In this document: piece after piece, positions 9,502 through 17,688 of the stretch
Layout of the letters: each line of letters begins with the position of its first letter
How positions within the stretch are numbered: position 1 is the stretch's first letter
Virus record (IMG/VR): IMGVR_UViG_3300043570_001981
Reading direction: 5' to 3' (one strand)
DNA length: 20,000 bases
Source: an uncultured virus (IMG/VR IMGVR_UViG_3300043570_001981)
Lineage: Duplodnaviria > Heunggongvirae > Uroviricota > Caudoviricetes
Made by a program: the position numbers and the translations under genes
The notes under the pieces: generated by a model
Told to the model about the DNA's origin: nothing
What the model saw: the letters and a program-made list of their open reading frames with translations, nothing else
Databases searched by the model: none

Positions 9502-9891
9502 TTAGTAATCTCTTATTATCTGAGAGTTGGAAAATTTAGAAAGATTTGAAAAAACATCATCAATTACTTCGGGATTTTTTCTAAATTCATTGTAGAATAT
9601 TAAAACATTAAAATTGTTTTCACCGAGTATTTTTTTAAGATTAAGTAACTTTTCGATTGAGAACTCATTATCAAAGTCGGGTATGTAGTAGATATCTTTC
9701 TTTTTGTCTATTGCTTGTTGTATCTTTTGAAAGATTAAAACTTTAAGATACATCTTATCGTCCTCGAAGCTAACCTCTTCTTCTTCCATTATCTTTTTAA
9801 TATCGATAATGTACTTATTTTTTATGCGGTTAACCTTGATAAACTTATCAACCTTCTTTCTCGTTTTGCAATATACACAGAAAAATTCCAC
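9502..9891 (-). CDS. Hypothetical protein
   Basis: 129-aa ORF with GTG start and an upstream TATATATA (9926-9933). No confident family. Confidence 0.7.
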   Translation of the reverse strand: MEFFCVYCKTRKKVDKFIKVNRIKNKYIIDIKKIMEEEEVSFEDDKMYLKVLIFQKIQQAIDKKKDIYYIPDFDNEFSIEKLLNLKKILGENNFNVLIFYNEFRKNPEVIDDVFSNLSKFSNSQIIRDY

Positions 9892-9925
9892 TTAGATACA
9901 TCTTAATTTTTTAGTTACTTAGAAA

Positions 9926-10006
9926 TATATATAAAACAACATATTATCCCTTATATCTTTTATTTTTAAAGTATTTTAATTTTGAGCTAGAAACTTTAAT
10001 ATATAA
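9926..10006. promoter_or_regulatory. Divergent promoter region with TATATA cores (9926-9933 minus; 9997-10006 plus)
   Basis: TATATATA before the 129-aa gene, and TAATATATAA ending 4 nt before the amidoligase ATG. Confidence 0.5.
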
Positions 10007-10010
10007 GGAT

Positions 10011-11402
10011 ATGAAGAAATATTCAGATAAGTTTCTAAACCAATCAAACAAGTTAAAATTCGCCAGAGTTGGTTTTGAGTTTGAGTTTTATATGAAGGAT
10101 TTATCCTACTATAAAACATTAGAACTACTAAACATAGAACTGACCCCTGTTAAAATGTGGGGATTTAGACAATATCACTCTGACTTCAAACCAGATGAAA
10201 AGAACTTTAAGATAGAACCAGATTTATCGGGTGGATCAAACATGGTTGAGTTAGTAACTGGACCGTTAGACTATTATGATGCTAAATATTATTTAGTTAA
10301 AATAGTTAAGTTTATTCAAACTTACGGATATACAAATGAGAAATCATCTATTCACTTTAACATATCATTTAATGGAGAGAAAGATTTGAATGATTTAAAC
10401 ATACTTAAACTAGTTTTAAATACTGATGAAGATGAAATATACAGAATATTTCCATCTAGAAAAGATAATGTTTATGCTAAATCTGTGAAGAAAATGATTC
10501 CTTATAAAGAGTATGACTTTTTTAATATTCCAATTAATGTTGTTAAAAACAACTTGAGAACTCCAAATGATAAGTATTATGGTATAAATTTCATGAATAT
10601 TAATAATGAAAAAGAATCTCAAAGATTAGAATTAAGATATATTGGTGGTAAAGACTATGAAAAGAATATAGGTAATTTAATTTATTTTATGGATAGATTT
10701 ATTATTAATGTATTTGATTCGATTGACGCTGAATTTAACTCAGAAGATGTTAATAAATTAGAAGAACATTTAGAAAAAAATATATCAATATTTAAGAATT
10801 TTTCTAAATATGATAACTTTATTGTTGACTTTCCAACTATTCAATTACAAATTGACCAAACAAGTTCTTATGATTTAATAACTGCTTATTACCCAAATAT
10901 TTATTCAAAACTTTATAATATAATTGATTCAACATCTGGATTAAAAGAGTGTATTATAAACTATGTAACATCAACTCAGACAATAGAAGTTGTGGATGCT
11001 AATATTAAATCAACATCTACTATTAAAGGATATGATTTGATTAACTGTCAACTCGAAGGTATATTTGAAAACTGTTTCTTTATAGCATCAGAAGTTAAAA
11101 ACTCACAATTATCAAAATGTAAATTACAACAATCATCAGCCCTAAATTCAAAAATACTTAACTGCAATGTTGAATCATCTGATTTAACAGGTTGTTACTT
11201 TGTAGATGGTTACTTAAATGGTGATATGTTTGGTGGTGTTTTTCGTTCTGGTAAATTAGGACCTTATGCTACTTTAGATTCTGAAGTTAAAGTAATCACA
11301 GATGATAATAACTTCTTTGATACTAAGTTTGAAACTGAAACTAAAGGAGATGGTAAAGGTGATATAAAAGGATATGGTAAACAACCATTTGGTAAGAAAT
11401 AA
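10011..11402 (+). CDS. Putative amidoligase (COOH-NH2 ligase, Amidoligase_2-like) with C-terminal beta-helix-like repeats
   Basis: Glutamine-synthetase-fold motifs GFEFEF, IEPDLS, VELVTGPL, SSIHFNIS, KYYGINF and LELRYIGG. The C-terminus has 5-residue periodicity (LINCQLEGIFENCFF...VKNSQLSKCKLQQSSALNSKILNCNV). Confidence 0.75.
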   Translation: MKKYSDKFLNQSNKLKFARVGFEFEFYMKDLSYYKTLELLNIELTPVKMWGFRQYHSDFKPDEKNFKIEPDLSGGSNMVELVTGPLDYYDAKYYLVKIVKFIQTYGYTNEKSSIHFNISFNGEKDLNDLNILKLVLNTDEDEIYRIFPSRKDNVYAKSVKKMIPYKEYDFFNIPINVVKNNLRTPNDKYYGINFMNINNEKESQRLELRYIGGKDYEKNIGNLIYFMDRFIINVFDSIDAEFNSEDVNKLEEHLEKNISIFKNFSKYDNFIVDFPTIQLQIDQTSSYDLITAYYPNIYSKLYNIIDSTSGLKECIINYVTSTQTIEVVDANIKSTSTIKGYDLINCQLEGIFENCFFIASEVKNSQLSKCKLQQSSALNSKILNCNVESSDLTGCYFVDGYLNGDMFGGVFRSGKLGPYATLDSEVKVITDDNNFFDTKFETETKGDGKGDIKGYGKQPFGKK

Positions 11403-11824
11403 TGAAATACTTAAAAACATTTGAAAGTAGTGAAGAACTAGAGTTCGGTGTAACACCAGAAGATATTGAATATTTATTCACTGATATATCAGACAACGGT
11501 TGGCAAGTAGATGTTTCATTTTTAAGAAAGTTATTTGATTTCAAAGACACAAATAAATCTATTTTTAAGTATTTTAGTTTAATTCCTTACATACAAGTTT
11601 CAATTAGCAAACCAACACCACATGAACAAAGATTTAATCGTTCTCCGTGGAATGAATCTCAAGAGTTACAATCACTTGTAGAATCAGATGAGTTTAAGGA
11701 AATAATTGAAGTTGCTTCTTTAAGATTAGATGAATCTGAACTTTATATACAAAAACAATCGTATGTAAATAATACATTTAATATATTAATATATAGAAAA
11801 ACAGATCAAAATTACATTAAATAA
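11402..11824 (+). CDS. Hypothetical protein with MKYLKTFES leader
   Basis: 140-aa ORF whose start overlaps the amidoligase stop (TAATG). Confidence 0.8.
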   Translation: MKYLKTFESSEELEFGVTPEDIEYLFTDISDNGWQVDVSFLRKLFDFKDTNKSIFKYFSLIPYIQVSISKPTPHEQRFNRSPWNESQELQSLVESDEFKEIIEVASLRLDESELYIQKQSYVNNTFNILIYRKTDQNYIK

Positions 11825-11825
11825 T

Positions 11826-13670
11826 ATGATAAAGAAATATCAAAACTTTTTGAACGAAGAAGTAGGTCTTAAAAACATATCTAAGATAGCGAAACTTTAC
11901 AAAACCGCGGAAATTTATTTTCACAAAGACTTAGATGGTGTTACATCTGCTATCGCTATGAAAGAATTCTTAAAGAATTACTATCAAATAGAAACTGTTG
12001 ATTGTCATATTATTCAATATGGTGGTTTAGAATACGCTGTTAAACATCACAAAGAAGGTAATCTTTGTGTATTAGTTGACTTTGCTCACGGTAAACCAAT
12101 GTTTCATATTGCAACTGATCACCACGATAAACAATCAGGTGCTGAAAATACACAATCTACCTATTTCAAACATACTCGTTCAAATGTTGAAACTATTTCA
12201 GGTGAGATTTCATATGCTGACATTTTCACACACGAAGATATTGAATTAATTAAAACTGTTGATTCTGCTAACTTTATAGCAAATAATATTAAACCAGAAG
12301 ATGTTCAAAATGCAATCTTCTCTCCAGATAGAAGTGTTTCTCCAACTAAGAATAGATTTATGATGGGATTTGTAGTTAATAGATTATTATTAGCTTATAA
12401 GAATAAAAGAATTACAACTAAATCATTAGATGGTAAAAGAAATCACATCAATAGAAATATACTTGAGGCTTTAACTTTGGATTCAACTGGTAGTTTATAC
12501 TCAATGTTTAATAATCTTAAAAATTATATTAATAATGCTAAAACTAATGATAAGTTAGGAAGATTAGCAACACCGGAAGAAATTACAGATAACTTAAATT
12601 CTTACATTGATAGAATGAAGAATTATAAATTTATTGAAGATCCAAACACAGGAGAAGTAAGCGATTATGATCCAACAAACTGGAGACATAAAAAAATGTT
12701 AGACACTGGTGCTCAAATTGGTAAAGGTGTTCATTTTGATGAAGATTATAAAATCGTTACTCAATATGGTGGTGGTTCAATGATTAAACCAGGTTCTTAT
12801 GATAGATATGTTGTATTCAAAAACAATCCAGAAGCTGACTTTAACTGTATCGCTTGGCCAATGGGTTTATTACAAGTTTCTTGTAATCCATTCAAAGAAA
12901 AAGCTTTGAAAGAAATTCACCTGGGTGAAATCGCTAAAGAAGTTTTAGCTAAACACGAATCAGTACTTAAAAGATTTTATGTTTCATTAGAATCAATTAA
13001 AAAAGAATTTGAAACATCTCAAGATTGGAAAGCAATGTCTAAGGCGGAAGGTGAAGAATATGAAGGTGTTGGATTTAAGTTTAGTGACTTAGAAGCTTTC
13101 TATAAAGATTGTTTATATGCTAAGAAAGATGGTAAGATTGCTAATGTAGATATTAACGAACCAGAGTTAAGAGAAGATATGAATACTTTATTCAACGATC
13201 TTACTCCAGACCAAAAATTCTATTTAAGTAATATTAAAATACCAGCTTGGGAACTTATTATTAGAAACTCAGGTGGTCATCCATCAATTACTAATATCAC
13301 CGGGTTGAACTTCTTAAAATATAATAAAGCGGCTCTTAAAATGGCTTATGATACAGAGAAGTATGTTGATGTTCTTAAAACATTAGCAAAGGATTTTGTA
13401 AATGTTCTTAAAACTAAAATTGACATCGCTAAAGAAGGTGGTCAAGTTGAGTATGATACTAAAGGTGTTGAACTATTAGGACAAGATACAAATGAAAATT
13501 ATGAATATAATCTAGTCAATAAACAAGGACAATCAACTCAAGTATCAAGAGATGAGTTTCTTAAAGCGGGAGCTTCTAAAGGAATGAAAACTGATAGAAA
13601 AAGCTTAATGACTATAGATAACACAAACAAGAAGATAATAGCTAAGTTTGAAAGTTATAAAAACAAATAA
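11826..13670 (+). CDS. DHH-superfamily phosphoesterase
   Basis: Motif I HKDLDGVTSA, motif II LVDFAH, motif III TDHHD, motif IV TVDSA, and C-terminal SGGH (DHHA1-like). Preceded by TAATATATAG at 11787-11796. Confidence 0.8.
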   Translation: MIKKYQNFLNEEVGLKNISKIAKLYKTAEIYFHKDLDGVTSAIAMKEFLKNYYQIETVDCHIIQYGGLEYAVKHHKEGNLCVLVDFAHGKPMFHIATDHHDKQSGAENTQSTYFKHTRSNVETISGEISYADIFTHEDIELIKTVDSANFIANNIKPEDVQNAIFSPDRSVSPTKNRFMMGFVVNRLLLAYKNKRITTKSLDGKRNHINRNILEALTLDSTGSLYSMFNNLKNYINNAKTNDKLGRLATPEEITDNLNSYIDRMKNYKFIEDPNTGEVSDYDPTNWRHKKMLDTGAQIGKGVHFDEDYKIVTQYGGGSMIKPGSYDRYVVFKNNPEADFNCIAWPMGLLQVSCNPFKEKALKEIHLGEIAKEVLAKHESVLKRFYVSLESIKKEFETSQDWKAMSKAEGEEYEGVGFKFSDLEAFYKDCLYAKKDGKIANVDINEPELREDMNTLFNDLTPDQKFYLSNIKIPAWELIIRNSGGHPSITNITGLNFLKYNKAALKMAYDTEKYVDVLKTLAKDFVNVLKTKIDIAKEGGQVEYDTKGVELLGQDTNENYEYNLVNKQGQSTQVSRDEFLKAGASKGMKTDRKSLMTIDNTNKKIIAKFESYKNK

Positions 13671-13672
13671 CT

Positions 13673-13705
13673 AAAAAGAGTTAAGATATAATCTTAACTC
13701 TTTTT
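13673..13705. terminator. Bidirectional intrinsic terminator overlapping the 3' end of the 126-aa gene
   Basis: AAAAAGAGTTAAGAT-ATA-ATCTTAACTCTTTTT, a 15-bp perfect inverted repeat at a convergent junction. Confidence 0.8.
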
Positions 13706-14061
13706 TCTTTTTCATCTATTCCATTTAATATATTATCAATTTTAACATCACGAGCTGTTTGTTTATCCCAAGATACTATAATTTGGTCTGGTGGTTGATG
13801 AATATCTAAATAACATTCTATATCACCAATTGTTCCAACCTTTCTTAAATCCAACCCATCTGACATTGATGTAGGTTTAAATCTAATATCACACTCTATG
13901 ATGTTATAAATTGGCATTGATATAATTATATAATTATACTTTTTGTTCATTTTTGAATTTATAGAATTTATCTCTTTGAATAGTTTACTACTTTTCAATT
14001 GATACTCATCCATATAATTTTCAGCACATCCTGATGGTATATCAGTTAAATCAATTTCCAT
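13681..14061 (-). CDS. Hypothetical protein resembling the A-domain of T4 gp23-like major capsid protein, with RDVKIDNILNG motif
   Basis: 126 aa. NYIIISMPIYNIIE...LRKVGTIGDIECYLDIHQPPDQIIVSW recalls the gp23 pattern NFIVxS..VA..L...VG.L....VY.D.......ILVG. Resemblance judged by eye. Confidence 0.6.
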   Translation of the reverse strand: MEIDLTDIPSGCAENYMDEYQLKSSKLFKEINSINSKMNKKYNYIIISMPIYNIIECDIRFKPTSMSDGLDLRKVGTIGDIECYLDIHQPPDQIIVSWDKQTARDVKIDNILNGIDEKEKRVKIIS

Positions 14062-14725
14062 TCAGTATCTTATTAATTTTATCATTTCTTAACTTAGACA
14101 AATTCTTAACAGATAATCTATAAGAATTAAATCTACAATCATATAAGTTATATTCCATTGTGTGTTTCCATTCTATATTATCTTTATCATTTTGTTCTAT
14201 TTTATAATCCATATTTTGAATTGAATAAACCAAACTTTGTATAGATTTATCAACAACATATAATATAAGTTCATCATCATCATCTTTTATCAGGGGTGAA
14301 TAAAAGACATCTACATTTATACCAATATACTTATCTATTGGATAGAAATAAGAAGGAAAAGCACTTGTATTAGTTTTACTTTTAGATATACCAAAAAGTT
14401 TTCTACTTTTATCTGAACAAAATATATAAAGAGGTTTTATACCCAATTCTGATATCTTATCAAACATATTTACATCCTTACCTACATCATTTAGAGATTC
14501 AAGTGGAATAATAAATTCTTTTGATTTACTAATCATCATATCAATACTTTCTTGATATATGTTGGACATACTATTGATTATAAAACTCGGTGATGTGAGA
14601 GGTGAGTTTTTAATTTCAATATAGCAGGAATCATGAGACGAAATAACATCACCATTATATAAATAGCTAATGTTCATTAGATTTTGTTCTAATGTTTTTT
14701 TATATTCCGTAAAAGATTCCCTCAC
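14051..14725 (-). CDS. Hypothetical protein, possibly a degenerate capsid-fold fragment, ending in RNDKINKILNGN
   Basis: 224-aa ORF with GTG start, overlapping the next gene by 11 nt. Confidence 0.7.
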   Translation of the reverse strand: MRESFTEYKKTLEQNLMNISYLYNGDVISSHDSCYIEIKNSPLTSPSFIINSMSNIYQESIDMMISKSKEFIIPLESLNDVGKDVNMFDKISELGIKPLYIFCSDKSRKLFGISKSKTNTSAFPSYFYPIDKYIGINVDVFYSPLIKDDDDELILYVVDKSIQSLVYSIQNMDYKIEQNDKDNIEWKHTMEYNLYDCRFNSYRLSVKNLSKLRNDKINKILNGN

Positions 14726-14862
14726 ATATATTATTGGTGATTTTTGTTGAAAAGTTTAATTTAAATTAATTAGCCGAAAATTAATATTAGAAAAACGTTG
14801 ATTTTCTTATTTTTTTTAACAACTTTTATTAATCTATTTGGTTTATATCATATATAAACAAT

Positions 14863-15837
14863 ATGAAGATACTATACGGTATCCAACTAAATGGAAACGG
14901 ACATATAACAAGATCAATAGAACTCATTTCAATTCTTAAAGAAAGAGGGTATGAGGTAGATATTATAACATCTGGAAACAATTCCAATTTAGAAATTCCA
15001 TTTAAAGTTAAAAAACATTTTCAAGGATTTTCAATCTATTATAATAAATTTGGATCTATTGATTGGATAAAATCAATTTCATCATCTAAATTAATTAGAT
15101 TACTAAAAGATATAAAATATGATGTATCTGAGTATGATTTAGTAATATCAGATTTTGAACCAGTCAGTGCTTGGTCATCTAGAATAAGTAAAGTTAAATC
15201 TATTGGTATATCAAACCAATGTTCTTTAATATCAAAAAATACTCCAAAGTATAAAAGAAAATTCATATCAAAGTTATTCATAAAGTATTTTGCAAAATGT
15301 GATGATTATATTGGACTACACTATCAATCATATGATGATTATATTCAACTTCCGTTTATATCTAGATTTTTTCTAGAAAATAAAACAAGTGATAAAAACT
15401 TTTATTTAATTTATCTACCATCACTAAATCTAGATTTTATAATAAAACAAGTTAATTTATATAAAAAAATTAATTTTAAAATTTATAGTGATGAAGTTGA
15501 AGAAGACATCAATTTTGATAATATTGAAATTAAGAAATTAAACAAGTCATCTTTTCAAAAAGATATTTTAGATTGTACTGGAGTTATTACAGCATCTGGA
15601 TTCTCAACAACATCCGAGGCTTTAATTCTTGGTAAAAAACTTTGGTCTATACCATTGAAGGGTCAATATGAACAACTATCAAATTCAATATCTCTTAAAG
15701 AAATGGGTATTTATACAAAGGATTTCAATATTGTAAATTTAGGAAGTTGGTTAATATCATATGACAAAATAGATTATAAGTGGAAAAATCCTATTTATAA
15801 TATTGTCGAAAAAATAATTAAAACATATGGAAATTAG
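14863..15837 (+). CDS. GT-B glycosyltransferase, MJ1255/VC2487-like family
   Basis: MKILYGIQLNGNGHITRS, DLVISDFEPVSAW, and GVITASGFSTTSEALILGKKLWSIPLKGQYEQLSN. Confidence 0.88.
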   Translation: MKILYGIQLNGNGHITRSIELISILKERGYEVDIITSGNNSNLEIPFKVKKHFQGFSIYYNKFGSIDWIKSISSSKLIRLLKDIKYDVSEYDLVISDFEPVSAWSSRISKVKSIGISNQCSLISKNTPKYKRKFISKLFIKYFAKCDDYIGLHYQSYDDYIQLPFISRFFLENKTSDKNFYLIYLPSLNLDFIIKQVNLYKKINFKIYSDEVEEDINFDNIEIKKLNKSSFQKDILDCTGVITASGFSTTSEALILGKKLWSIPLKGQYEQLSNSISLKEMGIYTKDFNIVNLGSWLISYDKIDYKWKNPIYNIVEKIIKTYGN

Positions 15838-16561
15838 AACATTATTTATATCAGATGTTCACTTAGGTAGTAACAAATCACAAGCTGATAAACTACTTGA
15901 AGTTTTGAAAAACTATGAGTATGAAAATTTAGTAATTGTTGGAGACTTCATCGACTTAACATCATTGAAAAAGAAATTCTATTGGAACCAAGATCATTCT
16001 ACAGTAATACAAAAGATATTAAGATCATCTAGAAAAGGAGTTAAAGTAACTTATATACTAGGTAATCATGATTTCTACCTAAGAGGTTTAATTAAAGAAG
16101 AGGATATGAACATAGGTGATATTACTCTTTGTGATGAGATGTATTATGAAACACTAAAAGGCGAAAAGATATACATATGTCATGGTGATCAATTTGACGG
16201 ATTTATAAGACTACACCCATTTCTTTACATATTAGGAGACTGGGCATATGAGTTAAGTTTTAAGATTAATAAAATTTATAACTTTATAAGAAAATCATTT
16301 GGAATGGAATATTGGTCACTATCTCAATACTTAAAATATAAAGTTAAGAATGCGATATCTTTTATAAATGATTTTAAATTCCTAGCAGTTAAAAAAATAG
16401 AAGAAGTTAATTGTGATTCTATTATGATAGGACACATACACACACCAGCTATAGAAACAATAGATGGTAAAAACTATTATAACACTGGTGATTTTTGTGA
16501 AACCTGTTCATATCTAATAGAAACATTGGAAGGTAAAATAGAAATGGTGATAATAGGTTAA
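15827..16561 (+). CDS. LpxH/YbbF-like metallophosphoesterase (UDP-2,3-diacylglucosamine diphosphatase family)
   Basis: Calcineurin-like motifs FISDVHLG, VGDFID, GNHD, CHGDQFD, GHIHTP and YYNTGD. Overlaps the glycosyltransferase gene by 11 nt. Confidence 0.88.
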   Translation: MEIRTLFISDVHLGSNKSQADKLLEVLKNYEYENLVIVGDFIDLTSLKKKFYWNQDHSTVIQKILRSSRKGVKVTYILGNHDFYLRGLIKEEDMNIGDITLCDEMYYETLKGEKIYICHGDQFDGFIRLHPFLYILGDWAYELSFKINKIYNFIRKSFGMEYWSLSQYLKYKVKNAISFINDFKFLAVKKIEEVNCDSIMIGHIHTPAIETIDGKNYYNTGDFCETCSYLIETLEGKIEMVIIG

Positions 16562-16605
16562 ACTTTTATCATATTTGGATATACAAATAAAAAAAACTAT
16601 TCAAA

Positions 16606-17022
16606 ATGATTCAAGACGGAAGTACGGTAAACGTACATTACACAGGAAGACTTACAGATGGAGAAGTGTTCGACTCTTCTGAAGGAAAAGCACCATTAAC
16701 ATTTACCGTAGGTTCTGGTCAGATTATTCCAGGATTCGAAAGTGCGTTAATTGGTAAAAATGTTGGAGATAAAGTTACAGTAAATATTCAACCTGAAGAA
16801 GCTTATGGCCAAATCAGAGAAGACTTATTAGTAAAAGTTCCAAATGACCAATTACCTGGTCCAGTTGAAGTAGGTCAAACTCTTCAGGCACAAGGAGAAC
16901 AAGGTGATCCAATTAATGTTATGGTTAAAGAAGTTAATGAAGACCACGTTATCATTGACGGTAATCATCCATTCGCTGGAAAAGAGTTAATCTTTGATAT
17001 CGAAGTTGTTGAAGTTGTATAA
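16606..17022 (+). CDS. slyD: FKBP-type peptidyl-prolyl isomerase, SlyD-like (FKBP + IF domain, no His-rich tail)
   Basis: VNVHYTGRLTDGEVFDSS, IIPGFESAL, PEEAYG, and IDGNHPFAGKELIFDIEV. Confidence 0.92.
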   Translation: MIQDGSTVNVHYTGRLTDGEVFDSSEGKAPLTFTVGSGQIIPGFESALIGKNVGDKVTVNIQPEEAYGQIREDLLVKVPNDQLPGPVEVGQTLQAQGEQGDPINVMVKEVNEDHVIIDGNHPFAGKELIFDIEVVEVV

Positions 17023-17048
17023 TTTTAATAATTGAAATATTAGATTAT

Positions 17049-17078
17049 AAAAAACCCACTCATTTGAGTGGGTTTTTT
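17049..17078. terminator. Bidirectional intrinsic terminator (same arms as 5007-5038)
   Basis: AAAAAACCCACTCA-TT-TGAGTGGGTTTTTT between convergent genes. Confidence 0.9.
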
Positions 17079-17081
17079 ATT

Positions 17082-17348
17082 TTATGAAAATATAACATCA
17101 TCACATTCAAAGTGTTCTTTAATAGAAGAAATTACATCTTCGTTTTTAGATATATTGTTGTATTCTAACTTACAAAGAGATAAATACTCTTCTTCCATAC
17201 ATTTACAACCGAAGTAATAATCTGTCATTCGATCTAAAAATATTTGAAACATATTATTTTTACTTATTAACTCATCATCATCTCTCAATATCTTATAAAG
17301 ATAATCAATTGAGTTTATTTGTAGAATCTTTGATATATTAATAGACAT
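17082..17348 (-). CDS. Hypothetical protein with GCKC motif
   Basis: 88-aa ORF overlapping the upstream gene by 11 nt. Confidence 0.7.
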   Translation of the reverse strand: MSINISKILQINSIDYLYKILRDDDELISKNNMFQIFLDRMTDYYFGCKCMEEEYLSLCKLEYNNISKNEDVISSIKEHFECDDVIFS

Positions 17349-17673
17349 ACTTTCTTAATAATTTATATAGTACATAACTTGATATGTATATTATAGGATA
17401 AAAATAAAAACTATTAAACATTAAACAAATGATAACAACAATCCAAAAGCACATACAAGGAACACAAGTTATTAACCTTGTGAAAAAACTTGCATGTTTT
17501 TGTCTAATGTAAGAATGGTAAGATATCTTTGGGTTAATTAATTTATACTCTTCAAATTGTTTTATTTTGAAAATATTTAATTTCAAAAGTTTAATATACT
17601 CAATAAAAGCATCTGTTTCAAACCAAATAAACAACAAAATATTCACCCAAAAAATCTGTAATATAATATCCAT
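17338..17673 (-). CDS. Small membrane protein with CxxC motif (DUF1360-like)
   Basis: 111 aa with hydrophobic segments and FFTRLITCVPCMCFW. TATATAT lies just upstream (17679-17685). Confidence 0.65.
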   Translation of the reverse strand: MDIILQIFWVNILLFIWFETDAFIEYIKLLKLNIFKIKQFEEYKLINPKISYHSYIRQKHASFFTRLITCVPCMCFWIVVIICLMFNSFYFYPIIYISSYVLYKLLRKYVY

Positions 17674-17688
17674 ATGGATATATATTCA

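Noticed and set aside
10416..15281. Minus-strand ORFs 10416-10622, 11274-11456, 11341-11550 and 15039-15281
   Set aside because: Antisense to motif-bearing genes; composition is typical of shadow frames.
14831..16580. Bacteroidota -7 promoter element (TAnnTTTG) before the glycosyltransferase and slyD genes
   Set aside because: The sequences TCTATTTG and CATATTTG only partly match the consensus, so no call was made.
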